Origin: Octopus bimaculoides
Taxonomy: Eukaryota
DNA: 40,056 nucleotides
Reading direction: 5' to 3'
Assembly (NCBI RefSeq): GCF_001194135.2
Contig: NC_068981.1
Span: 25,331,369 to 25,371,424, forward strand
The first letter of the stretch is position 1. Each line of letters starts with the position of its first letter. The position numbers and the translations under genes were made by a program. The notes under the pieces are model-generated. The model did not search any database. It was not told the DNA's origin and worked only from the letters and a program-made list of their open reading frames with translations. This document shows positions 10,775 to 22,008 of this stretch, piece by piece.

Positions 10775-13200
10775 CTATCTACTGTCCATGCGATAACCCC
10801 CTACTCCATATCTAAGGATTGAAACCGCCCAGGTCTTGATAGCTTCGATCTTATTCCGTCCGTTTAATTTCGACTTAAATATCAGTCTCACTCTCCGCAG
10901 GTACTCTACCTTAAATTTTTCTGTCATTTCTTTCTCCATCAATCTATCCATTTCCCATATCCCCAAGCACTTATAGCCCGTCTCTTCTATCTGCATCATA
11001 ACCTCCTCCGACGGTTTCGTTAGCTCGTCCATTCATTTGATTTTTGCCTCTCTTCAAAACTAACACACCATACTTTCTCAGTTCGAACTCCATTCTGATA
11101 GCAGCACTGAAGGTATACACCGTATCAACGAGGGAACTGACTCGTGTTACATCTTCACCATAAAGTTTCAGATCATCCATGAATTACAGATGGTTGACTT
11201 TTTGTTGGCGGCTTTTGAATACATACCCAGCCTTTGTATTCCTCAGAATCAGTGTTAATGGCATCAAGCACAGTACAGAGATCAGTGGGGACAGGTAGTC
11301 TCCTTGGAAGGTGCCCCTCCTAATTTCTACTGTCCCTAAACTTCTTCCGTATGCTGTCAGGTCCGTCCTCCATTTCGCCATACTTTTTCCATGCAATCGC
11401 TCAACATTCGATGAAATAGAAAATAGGTTCATACATTCTATTATCCAAGAATGTGGTATCATATTGTACCTCTTACGATAGTCGATACATAACACGGCTA
11501 AGTTACTTTTCCTCCTGTTGCAGTCTCTAAGTACAGTTTTGTCTATCAGGAGTTGATCCTTGGTACCTCTGCACTTATGCTTGCAACCCTTCTGCTCATG
11601 TGGCAGGACTCCATTTTTTTCCAGAAGTTCGTACATTGACTTTGCGAGTATTCCAGTCAATAACTTCCACATAAGTGGAAAACAGGATATCGGCATGTAA
11701 TTGTCTGCCGTATTGCCTTTTCCGATGTTTTTCAGACACAGTACTATCCAACCCAATGTTAACTAATCTGGTGTTATTGGTAGGCATTTAACAAGGTGTT
11801 GAACTGCGCAGCTATTCGTGCATGACATTCACCAAAGCTGTTAATCCAGTAGCCTTGAACTCCATCTGGTCCCGGGGACTTCCTGTTGCTCATTTTTTTG
11901 CTGATTTCTTTCACTTCCCAAACTGAAATGACTAGATCTGCCTGTTTTGGACAGACTACTGTTTGTTTCAGTTCTTGCAACCATTCAGCATCCTTTTTGT
12001 GCTCCTTGTCTTTGCTCCAGATGTCACTGCAAAACCTTTGACTTTCAATGTTATCTGGTATCAACTTTTCATCTGTATACTCTCCATTTATTTCTTTGTA
12101 GAATCTCTTCTGATCTACTCTGAATAATCTATTCTGGTGGTAACCCTTCATTCTTTGATCATATCTTACCATCTTTGCTTTCTTTGCAATGAGGCGCTAT
12201 TTCAGTTCCTCCGTCACTACTTTCAGGCCCTTTCTTTCAATATTATACTTCCTTTTCAGCGTCCTGTATTTTTGTTCGGTTTTAAGCTCCCCTTTCTCTT
12301 TTCTGTCTAACACAGAGATTTCCTTCGAGAGCATGTTTAACCCTGCCTGGATTCTTCTTTTCCACCATGAATCTTTTCTTTTGTCTCTCCCGTTATGTTT
12401 CTTTTTCTTTACATCAACACCCACGTTTTCTGCTACAACAATACTTGCTGCCTCGACCAAATTATTTGCTTCTGTGATGTTGTTTGTTCTGATGTATTTC
12501 AGAATTTCATTGACATTTTTCGCTTCTTGGTTCAATTTCCATCGATCAACCTTTTTAAGGTTGCAAATAATGTCGCTATCGTTCTCATGTAGTCTTGCTT
12601 TATTCTGTCGTAGAATGCCTTTTGTTCATCTGTCATGTCGCCATTAGTTTTATTGTCTTCTTTTAGATCATCTATATGTCTCTCATCAAGTAAACAAGCA
12701 CTGCTCCTTTCCTGTGTTATGGGATTACTTTTATTCGTAAGAACTGTATTTTCATTGTTATCTCTGCTGCTATTTTCCATGACCCCTCGTACGTTAGCTT
12801 CGAGCTCTACTTCTGTGAATCAGCAATTTTTTCTTATTGCTCTAGCTTGATCTCTGTTCCGTAAGTTGAAACAATCCTTTTTCTCTCCAATGATCATACA
12901 TACGTTGTCGGTAACCCCTAATTTGAGCCCCATTTTCATCTACCGGGCTGCTCAGGTAGTAACACTCCATGACCACAGCATTAATTTGCTTGCTCCATCT
13001 ACGCACTGTGTGGTGGTCCCTTTCTGGATATCGACAGGCTGGAGCCAGACACGAATCTCTGAGCCTAACGGGTGTAACACTGTCACCGTCATTGGCTTCA
13101 GTTTCAATACCACCATTATTCACAATATTTTGTTTCTTCATTGTCACTCATATGAGGTAGCGATTATCAGGTTGCGCAATTACCAGTGTTTTTATTGTGA
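10775..13200 (-). mobile_element. RLE-type (R4/Dong-like) non-LTR retrotransposon, N-terminus through RT and thumb, frameshifted and lacking its 3' end
   Basis: ORF pieces: RRWSKQINAVVMECYY..RGYRQRMY..LTEQR; SPGPDGVQGYWI; [16 protein letters not shown]; [15 protein letters not shown]; [15 protein letters not shown]; [11 protein letters not shown]; MDDLKLY; EYLRRVRLIFKSKLNGRNK. Confidence 0.92.
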
Positions 13201-13234
13201 CATCATCACTAGATGTATCATTAATCAGTTCGTG

Positions 13235-13548
13235 NNNNNNNNNNNNNNNNNNNNNNNNNNNNNNNNNNNNNNNNNNNNNNNNNNNNNNNNNNNNNNNNNN
13301 NNNNNNNNNNNNNNNNNNNNNNNNNNNNNNNNNNNNNNNNNNNNNNNNNNNNNNNNNNNNNNNNNNNNNNNNNNNNNNNNNNNNNNNNNNNNNNNNNNNN
13401 NNNNNNNNNNNNNNNNNNNNNNNNNNNNNNNNNNNNNNNNNNNNNNNNNNNNNNNNNNNNNNNNNNNNNNNNNNNNNNNNNNNNNNNNNNNNNNNNNNNN
13501 NNNNNNNNNNNNNNNNNNNNNNNNNNNNNNNNNNNNNNNNNNNNNNNN
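13235..13548. other. Assembly gap (N run)
   Basis: Run of n. Confidence 1.
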
Positions 13549-13902
13549 CGAGTAGCCCATCCCGCTCAAAAGGTCCCTGAATAAAGTTTGTTTAAGGATG
13601 TTGAGCAAAACACCCATGTTTCCAAAGGTGAATTATTCAAACCTTAAAGAATTCCTCTCAACACATGGCTATGATGCTCCCCCACTACTTCTGCTCATGA
13701 TCAGAGATGCACATATTGTCAACCTCCAAGGGACATGCTCAACTGTTTAAGGTCAAACAACTGACAAGCGAATCTGTGGTATTAAGCAGAATATTTGCTG
13801 TAGCCCATCTTCTATACCAAGACAAAACAATGTACATGATAACACTTCCAGTCAATTAAGATCAGAAGCCATGAGAGCCACTGCCTGGTACTGCATCCGG
13901 GC
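13549..13902 (-). repeat. Probable unclassified interspersed repeat abutting a (TAA)n array
   Basis: GC-richer block with a sharp boundary at the (TAT)n array. It resembles a common Octopus repeat from memory only; there is no second copy in the window. Confidence 0.35.
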
Positions 13903-13951
<49 letters not shown>

Positions 13952-13954
13952 TAC

Positions 13955-14006
<52 letters not shown>
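13903..14006. repeat. (TAT)n/(AAT)n microsatellite
   Basis: Direct reading; explains the poly-N ORF 13812-14171. Confidence 0.95.
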
Positions 14007-14299
14007 TGATACACTAATTTTTAAATGTTTCCTCTTGTTATAAACGGAAACAACAAAAACATTGGCAGCATAACTAAGATTGACGATGGCAAAACTGAGA
14101 GTATTGTCAAAGATTTTAAGCAACAGGAAAATTGTAAAGAACAGTGTGGTTATAGCGCAAGTGTTCCACATTTAAGTCTTGCAACAACTAAAAATATACA
14201 TGCTTTACCTATGAACAGCGATAGTTCCGGAAAGCCAAAAAGTACACGCTCTGACTACTAATGAAATAATAAGGCTAGTAAACAACTGACCTTGTTGAA

Positions 14300-14397
14300 T
14301 TCAAACACGTGTCTACTGCCACTCCTAATTTCTATATTATACTCCGCTTTCATTTCCCACGCATTCTTGTACTTTAGCAGGAATATCGAATGCTGCT
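14300..14397 (+). pseudogene. IL-17-like gene 1, first-exon remnant
   Basis: Homologous to the gene 2 5' region (aaacacgtgtctactgcc..tatactccgct..GTAAG..tcaataag..tgacgta). Donor GTAAGT at 14398. The only ATG (14390) is out of phase with exon 2. Confidence 0.65.
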
Positions 14398-14569
14398 GTA
14401 AGTCTTCTCAATAAGTGTGACGTAGATTAGATTTTCTCATGATATTACTTTTGTATTTCTCTAACATCATATAATCTTAAAATAAGGAAACATTACTGGA
14501 CGCAAATTGATATAAAAATATGATGTTAGTTATTTATTTCTTTTTTTAATTTCTTTAACAGTATTAACA

Positions 14570-14801
14570 GGCGGCGAGCTGGCAGAAACGTTAGCACGCC
14601 AGACGAAATGCTTAGCGGTATTTCGTCTGCAGTTACGTTCTGAGTTCAAATTCCACCGAGGTCGACTTTGCCTTTCATCCTTTCGGGGTCGATAAATTAA
14701 GTACCAGTTACGCACTGGAGTCGATGTAATCGACCTAATACCTTTGTCTGTCCTTGTTTGTCCCCTCTGTGTTTAGCCCCTTGTGGGCAATAAAGAAATA
14801 A
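14570..14801 (+). mobile_element. SINE family B, full length, inside the gene 1 intron
   Basis: ggcggcgagctggcagaaacgttagc (A box), gagttcaaattcc (B box), gactttgcctttcatcctttcggggtcgataaattaagtacc core; homologous copies at 25790, 26666 and 37156. Confidence 0.9.
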
Positions 14802-15010
14802 GAATCCTTAACACGCCGGGCAAAACGCTTAGCATTTCGTCAGGCCTTGCATTCTGAGTTCAAATTCCTTTCTTACGTTCTGAGTTAAAGATCAAGTTTC
14901 TTTCTTATCCTTTCAAGATCGATAAAATAAGTATCGATTGTGCACTGGAATAGATCTGAACAGCTAACACACTTCCCCAAAATTACTAGCCTTGTGCCAA
15001 AATTTGATAT
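14802..15010 (+). mobile_element. SINE family B, older degenerate copy in tandem
   Basis: acacgccgggcaaaacgcttagc..ttctgagttcaaattcc..gatcgataaaataagta..cttccccaaaatt..gccttgtgccaaaattt. Confidence 0.75.
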
Positions 15011-15071
15011 CTGTATTGATATTCCATATTGTGAAATACTTGACTTAACCGAAATATTTTCTATCTCATAG

Positions 15072-15383
15072 GTGTTCATTCGTGTTGTTTTCTTCCTCTT
15101 CTGCCATGTCATCTTCTCCGTAACTTCGGCGTTATTTACTACCAAATACAAAATACCAACAGATTTGAAAGTCCCATACAAGAGTCCCTCCTGTACAGCC
15201 GTAGGCAATAAATTTCTATCGGCTGAAATGGTTTCAGCTGGACGGTCAAGACTGATCGAAGACGATAAAACTTGCCCAGAATCTTCTCTTTCTGCTGAAC
15301 GTTCAACCTATCCTTGGTACCTGACCATTACTCAGGATTCAACAATTTTCCCTCCATCATATACTGGGGTAGTTTGTCGCTGT
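15072..15383 (+). pseudogene. IL17-like: IL-17-like gene 1, exon 2 5' part (interrupted)
   Basis: Acceptor ttttctatctcatAG at 15070-15071. Translates VFIRVVFFLF..KIPTDLKV..CPES..ERSTYPWYL..FPPSYTGVVCRC, collinear with genes 2 and 3; the RSTC Cys has changed to Tyr. Confidence 0.85.
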
Positions 15384-16390
15384 TGTAGCGACGCAAGTCA
15401 TAATAATAAATTTTGATCGGCAGTAATATGACGTCATTGTCATGTTGCCTGAATAGGCATAATTAGATAGTTTCCCATTGGTTAAAATTACTCCCCATAT
15501 TTGAATTCTAAACTTTCGTCAGAGAAATCTTTCATGAAATGCGGTTCTTAGAATTCAGGTATGAGCAGTTATAAAAACCCTGATTTTTGGGAAATTAATC
15601 AGTAATCGTTGGTTATCACTCATTTCCACGACACTCACTCTTTTGAGATATTGGCTATTTTTATGCCATGTCTATTATTCAATTCAATAAGACTATTTTG
15701 AATTATGGAAGTGGAGAGACAAGTTACTGAAGAGATTGCAAGATTGCAATGAAATTATTTAACAAAAAACTATATACTGTTTATAAATTAATAAAGGACT
15801 GAACCAGTGTGTGTGTTTATTACTGGCATAATGCCTCTCCCAAGGTTTAATTGTATTTCTTTCAACACACGTATCCACATCAAGAATCTTGCACACGAAA
15901 TACACATACGAAATCTAGTAGCTTAGTATGGGAGAATTAGCTAATATAAATTTTATGTCGTAATCCTCTACGACAATTTTCTTTTGACTTATAAATGCAC
16001 TGTAAATATTAAATGAAATCAAATAAATTAATTTAGTAAATAATTTCTGTTTCTTCATTTTCTTCAACCTGTTAATGAAATTTATTTCTGCAACTATGAA
16101 ACTGTTATCATAGCGGTGAAAAGAGCGAGCTTATTTATCTCCAACATATATGTACGTTTCAGCGTCTTGGTGTATATAATTCATCACGGTGTTTACGCAG
16201 CCTGAGTTAATTTTATGTATAATGATAATACTTATAATTAAGTTATAAGTGATGGGTTTCTCACTATAGATTTGTACTCAATAAACATCTGTATTTATTA
16301 TCTTTTCCAAGTCAAAAACATTTAAAACTTGATAATCCAACACAACGGTATAAATTGGTGACCGTATAAGTTAGGTAATTCACCGTTATA
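15384..16390. mobile_element. Solo-LTR-like insertion (1007 bp) with a 4-bp TSD CTGT
   Basis: CTGT at 15380-15383 and 16391-16394. Ends TGTAGCG...CGTTATA form an imperfect terminal inverted repeat typical of TG..CA LTRs (here CA to TA). AATAAA at 16280. Removing the insert restores the IL-17 frame exactly. Confidence 0.75.
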
Positions 16391-16583
16391 CTGTTCAAAG
16401 TGGTTAGACTCTGACAGGCGCAACCACCAATGTGGCATGCTATATAATACAATGACTGTCATCCAACGTATAGATGAATGTCTTGATGAATTGTATGTGT
16501 ATAAACCAAGGCTGATTGAAGTAGCTACAACCTGTGTGTGTGTGCACGTAAGTTTGATGTCGTTAATGGAATATGAAACGTAA
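16391..16583 (+). pseudogene. IL17-like: IL-17-like gene 1, exon 2 3' part (absent from the ORF track)
   Basis: CSKWLDSDRRNHQCGMLYNTMTVIQRIDECLDELYVYKPRLIEVATTCVC..*; TAA at 16581-16583; the 3' UTR aligns with that of gene 2. Confidence 0.88.
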
Positions 16584-16730
16584 AAAAGATCCAAATAACA
16601 AATTGTAAACTGTTATTCGTAATGTGAAGCATCTCGTTGACCACCGTCTGGTTATCATATACTTTATATCGACCTCTATGCATATACATATGCATGCATA
16701 TGCGTGTGTGTATATATATATATATATGTA

Positions 16731-17150
16731 TACTCTTTTACTCTTTTACTTGTTTCAGTCATTTGACTGTGACCATGCTGGAGCACCGCCTTTAGTCGAT
16801 CAAATCGACCCCAAGACTTATTCTGTGTAAGCCTAGCACTTATTCTATCGGTCTCATTTGCCGAACTGCTAAGTTACGGGGACATAAACACACCAGCATC
16901 GATTGTCAAGTGATGTTGGGGGGACAAACACAGGCACACAAACGTATACAGACACACATAAATACATATATATATATACATATATACGACGGGCTTCTCT
17001 CAGTTTCCATCTACCAAATCCACTCACAAGGCTTTGGTCAGCCCAAGGCTATAGTAGAAGACACTTGCCCAAGGTGCTACACAGTGGGACTGAACCCGGA
17101 ACCATGTGGTTGGTAAGCAAGCTGCTTACCACACAATCACTCCTACGCCT
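16731..17150 (-). mobile_element. SINE family A, full length
   Basis: Reverse complement of the 9979-10385 copy from aggcgtaggagtg to the gtaaaagagtaaaagagta tail. Confidence 0.9.
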
Positions 17151-17166
17151 ATGTGTGTATGTATAT

Positions 17167-17444
17167 NNNNNNNNNNNNNNNNNNNNNNNNNNNNNNNNNN
17201 NNNNNNNNNNNNNNNNNNNNNNNNNNNNNNNNNNNNNNNNNNNNNNNNNNNNNNNNNNNNNNNNNNNNNNNNNNNNNNNNNNNNNNNNNNNNNNNNNNNN
17301 NNNNNNNNNNNNNNNNNNNNNNNNNNNNNNNNNNNNNNNNNNNNNNNNNNNNNNNNNNNNNNNNNNNNNNNNNNNNNNNNNNNNNNNNNNNNNNNNNNNN
17401 NNNNNNNNNNNNNNNNNNNNNNNNNNNNNNNNNNNNNNNNNNNN
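17167..17444. other. Assembly gap (N run) flanked by (TA)n
   Basis: Run of n. Confidence 1.
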
Positions 17445-17475
<31 letters not shown>

Positions 17476-18261
17476 CATACAACAAAAATACGTATTCAGA
17501 AGCTTATATCTAATGACAGAAGATGGTTGTTATTAACGTAAGTTGGGTTGCGTTTGATTGAGAAAAGTCACGCGGTGTCATGGTTTGAGGTTGGTATATG
17601 GGTAACAGTTAGTTGGGAAATATTGCATGGCGAACTGCAAATTGACCAAACGGAGAACAGGAAATAGACTAGAAGTCGGTTAGGTTGTTGGCAGGTGGGT
17701 GTAGCAAGGAGCTGCGTGTGCAAGTATATAGTTTTATATGTGGGTATGCAGACGCGCTCATACAGTTTTGCGTGCATGTGTATACTGATGAGAGTGTGCG
17801 CATCTGTACATTGGCACACGTAAGCACATACACTGGCACACACACGCCCAGGAGGAATACTTCCATGTCGCAGGTTCATAAAAGAATGATAGTGTGAAAT
17901 AGTAGAAATTGGCTAAAGAGAGAAGTAAGTAGAAATAGAGAGAGAGAGGTATCGTAATAGAGCGGTAGAGGCAACTGAGGGAAAAAGAGAAAGAGGAATA
18001 ATAAGTAGAGAGGGTGGTCAAATTTATAGAGAAGCAGTTGACAAGGCATTGCGGAAGGGTATACAAAATATAAAAATATAATGAACAATAGGCGTAGAAG
18101 TGGCTGTGTGGTAAGTAGCTTACTTACGAACCACATGGTTCCGGGTTCAGTCTCATTGCGTGGCACCTTGGGCAAGTCTTCTACTATAGCCTCGGGCCGA
18201 GCAAAACCTCGTGAGTGGATTTGGTAGACAGAAACTGAAAGAAGCCCGTTATATATATATA

Positions 18262-18676
18262 TCTTTTACTCTCTTTTACTGGTTTCAGTCATTTGACTGT
18301 GGCCATGCTGGAGCACCGACTTCAGTCGAGCAAATCGACCCCAGGACTTATTCTTTGTATGCCTAGTACTTATTCTATCGTTCTCTTTAGCCGAACCGCT
18401 TAGTTACGGGGACGTAAGCACACCAGCATCGGTTGTCAAGATATGTTGGGGGGGGGACAAACACAGACACACAAACATATACACACACATACATATATAT
18501 ATATATACATATATACGACAGGCTTCTTTCAGTTTCCGTCTACCAAATCCACTCACAAGGCTTTGGTCGGCCCGAGGCTATAGCAGAAGACACTCGCCCA
18601 AGGTGCCACGCAGCGGGACTGAACTCGGAACCATGTGGTTCGTTAGCAAGCTACTTACCACATAGCCACTCCTACA

Positions 18677-18679
<3 letters not shown>
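18262..18679 (-). mobile_element. SINE family A, inner full-length antisense copy
   Basis: Complete reverse-complement copy from head (aggtgtaggagtggc) to tail (gtaaaagagagtaaaagat). Confidence 0.9.
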
Positions 18680-18707
<28 letters not shown>

Positions 18708-18717
18708 NNNNNNNNNN
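18708..18717. other. Assembly gap (10 N)
   Basis: Run of n within (TA)n/(TG)n. Confidence 1.
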
Positions 18718-19534
18718 GCGTGTGTGTGTGTGTTTGTGTGTCTGTGTTTGTCCCCCTAACATCGCTTGACAACCGATGCTGGTGTGTTTACGTCCCCGTA
18801 ATCTAGCGGGTCGGCAAAAGAACCGATAGAATTCTGGGGTCGATTTGCTCGACTAAAGGCGGTGCTCTTGCATGGCCACAGTCAAATGACTGAAACAAGT
18901 AAAAGAGAAAATATAAACAGAAAGATAAAGATAAATAAAGGATTAAAGGTAAAGGAAGATAAAGTAAGAAATACAAGATAAAGAAAAGTAAAGTAAATAC
19001 GTAAATAAAGTAGATAAAAGGGATTCAGACAGACAGGAGACGCTAGTGTTGTTCTTCGAGTTATAGGGGTGACACAGGGAGAAGTGTAGGCATCAGTTTT
19101 ATTGTCAAGTTTAGTGGCCGTAAATATAATCCTAGCTAGCAGTGTATGGGTGATGGAAAGGGTGAATGTGTATTGGAAAACCAGTTAACTTTTAAATCAA
19201 ATTATTTAGTAATGAAATATTAGGGGATCTGTGAGGTTAAGTTTTTAAAAAATTATCTAAAGAATTAATAGTTAGGAATGAAGGGATTACCAGTTGTTAA
19301 CTAAGGTATCAGTAATGATAGAGAAGACATACAATGGCATGAGATGTCTTGCCTTGATATTTGATTTCCTTTTTAACAAATTTATATCCGTTGTGTCGAA
19401 AATCTACAATAGCTTCATAGTTCCATAACTCCTGTCTCGGTTACGAGCTTGGAATCCGTTTCAGCACATAACTAGCATACCTATCAGTTTAGGTTACCTG
19501 TGAACTAAACACACACGCACACACACACACACAC

Positions 19535-19567
<33 letters not shown>

Positions 19568-19689
19568 CACACACACACACACGAACACACACACACACAC
19601 ACACACATATAGATATACATATATACACGTAGAGAAAATATCATTCAAATTTATATTAATATCCTTTATATCCTAGATATTTTATATTA

Positions 19690-20100
19690 ATATCCGGTTG
19701 GTATCTTTCTCAACTGCATCATACGGATAGTAAATCATGGGATCGTAACTGGGGGAATTAGGATGACAGAAATTGGAGCTGATGAAATCGTAGGATTTCT
19801 CCGACAACTACTTCAAACTGTTTCCAGAGGTATGGCAAGGAACCGAATTCGGGTGCCACGTATATGGCCTTCCGGCAGCAACGATCTCAGAGTTTGACTA
19901 CAGTCTCCAGCGGCTTCACATAGCCGTCTTAATTGATCTTAATGCCCTATCTACATATGTGGGGTGACATGCCGTTACGCTCACTGGTGTCGCATCGAAA
20001 TATCATCACAGTTTGTAGGAACTTAATTTTCATGATGCCCATGTTTGTCATACAGCTTTCACAGAGCATTGAGAGGTAGTCATGATGTCGTCATTTTGAT
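19690..20100 (-). mobile_element. Tc1/mariner-superfamily transposase remnant, maT/DD37D-like
   Basis: The minus strand reads KIKFLQTVMIFRCDTSERNGMSPHI..GYVKPLETVVK / VAAGRPYTWHPNSVPCHTSGK / HPNSPSYDPMIYY..AVEKDTNR (compare WQQDSAPCHT and WPPNSPDLNPMDY). Confidence 0.72.
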
Positions 20101-20497
20101 ATTCGGTGCGAATCATCATGATACAGTTAACTCTTTCATGATATTAACATGGATTCCCTTTTTCAATGTCAGCGAACTTTTTCTCAAATAGAACTGTCAT
20201 ATTTACGCTGTCCAATACCGTCGACTGTTCATCAATGGATTGAATGTTCCTGGAAAAAGGAGACACAAAATCGTCAAATTTAGCCTGAACAACCTGTATA
20301 TTAATACGCAAATTGGAATGAAGAGAAAAGTGTTTAAAGAGAAACATACATAAATTAATATCAATAAAATTTGCTAACTTACTTTGGTTGTCTTTACCTG
20401 AATAAGGACAGCAGTATTCATTTTATATTTTTCTTCAAGTAAAGCTTAAGTGTATCGCTTTTCAGTGTTAACATTTGCTTGCTATGCTAGTGGTTGT

Positions 20498-20705
20498 TCT
20501 TTTTTTCTTTTACTTGTTTCAGTTATTTGACTGCGGTTATGCTGGAGCACCGCTTTTAGTCGAACAAATCGACCCCAAGACTTATTCTTTCGAAGCTTAG
20601 TACTTATTTCATCGGTCTCTTTTGCCAAACCGTTATATTACGGAGACGTGAATACACGCACGAACATCGGTCGTTAACCGATGTTGTGGGGATAAATACA
20701 GACAC
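20498..20705 (-). mobile_element. SINE family A, 3' half
   Basis: tttacttgtttcagt..gctggagcaccgc..cgaccccaagacttattc..; ends in (CA)n running to 20756. Confidence 0.8.
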
Positions 20706-20757
<52 letters not shown>

Positions 20758-20939
20758 CGTGGCATGTCAAGAGATCCTTCTTCCCTCTAAATTGATTTAT
20801 TTAATCAATAAAATGTATCCTTTCATTATTGACTGCATAATCACAATCTATTTGGAAAATGCTGATTGTTCGGGCGTAAATTTATTCCTGCTTCGAAGCA
20901 AAGGAACACCGAATATCCTTTACGACTTCTTCACAATTA

Positions 20940-21765
20940 ATAATCATTAATCGATCTATGTTGTACCGGTCTGAACTGAATATAATCAGATGGAGAAAGG
21001 CTAGGACAGCAAATGGGGTTAGTCATATCTTCCATATTGCGTGTTTCAATCTTTTCCCGAGTAATTTGTTCAATATATGGTCTTGCAAAATTGTGTAAGG
21101 GTAATAACCCTTTACGATTTTCCAATGATAGCCGCTTTTCTGCATATTTTTTGTAGTGCTTCTAATTGAGGTGAATACTTCTCTGCATTGACTGTTTTGG
21201 TTGGGGTTAGATACTTCATGATAGGCAATACCTTTTATGCATAATTCATAACAGCACCCTTCATACAGTACCCTTCATACTTAATACATAAGATTCTTAG
21301 GATTCTGCTTTCGCCTGTGAATAGGTTCTCATTTTGACTATGGTGATTCAAGCCGTATTAGGACATTTATCCCCATAGGACAATTCCCTCCAACGACAAC
21401 TACCCCTAGGACAATTACCTCACTTAGTTAATTACCCCCTCTCCAATATATTAAGAAGTTTTAAATAATCTGTTGTCCTCTGGGGTAATTGTCCTTGGCG
21501 GGTTATTGTCCATGGGGATAAATGTCCTAGAGTCGATTCAAGCAAGGAAAGTTTCACACACCGGGATCACAATGTGGCATAATCTTTACCTGAAAGAATT
21601 TGAATTTTCGGGAAAAAAGTTTCTTCTGGTAAAGAAAATAAATTCGTTGTGGATTTATCACTTACAAAAAAAGATACTAAATTATTATATATAAAGAGAG
21701 AAGAGGTTAAAATAGCAACAACATAGTTCATACTTTGTTTCATTTTTTTGCTTACTTACCTAATA
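20940..21765 (-). mobile_element. Mariner (DD34D-like) transposase remnant interrupted by a MITE
   Basis: NRKGLLPLHNFARPY..PSLSPSDYIQFRPVQH (compare HDNARPH..SPDLAPSDYHLFRSLQH); TVNAEKY..QL upstream; possible TIR remnant near 21753-21765. Confidence 0.7.
21354..21534. mobile_element. Foldback-type MITE with an 8-9 bp TSD
   Basis: GATTCAAGC at 21345-21353 and 21535-21543; terminal inverted repeats taggacatttatcccc / ggggataaatgtccta; internal repeated ggacaatt-cccc units. Confidence 0.8.
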
Positions 21766-22008
21766 TGCATTAGGAAAATGTTTATTTACTTGACCGGTTT
21801 CACTTTTTTAGAAAAAAGATTGTCAAAAGTAAAATGTAAAGCTTCGTATGAGCTTTGTTGTGTTAAGTACTGGTTATCACAAAGTATTAAAATACAGAAA
21901 TACATTCTTTGATAATGATAAGAAAATGTTAAAAACAGTTTACAAGAAAGTATTTAAGAAAGTAATCAGAACGGAACTCCAAAAAGCATTAGGAGTTCAA
22001 TAAAAATC

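Larger units (their letters stand above)
18091..18907 (+). mobile_element. SINE family A, outer copy split by a nested antisense copy
   Basis: The 5' half (18091-18250) and 3' half (18718-18907) are collinear with the consensus; the break falls in the central (TA)n tract. Confidence 0.85.

Noticed and set aside
1630-13200. Idea that the LINE pieces at 10775-13200 and 1630-2996 are two halves of one split element
   Set aside because: They overlap in the thumb region with clearly different sequences (EYLRRVRLIFKSKLNGRNKIEAI versus VYYRQVRLILKTELNAKNKIIGI), so they are separate lineages.
13812-14171. Poly-Asn ORF
   Set aside because: Translation of an (AAT)n microsatellite.
9874-18772. Recurrent ORFs beginning MSSDVGG or MFQSFDC
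   Set aside because: Chance frames within family-A SINE copies; they recur because the SINE recurs.
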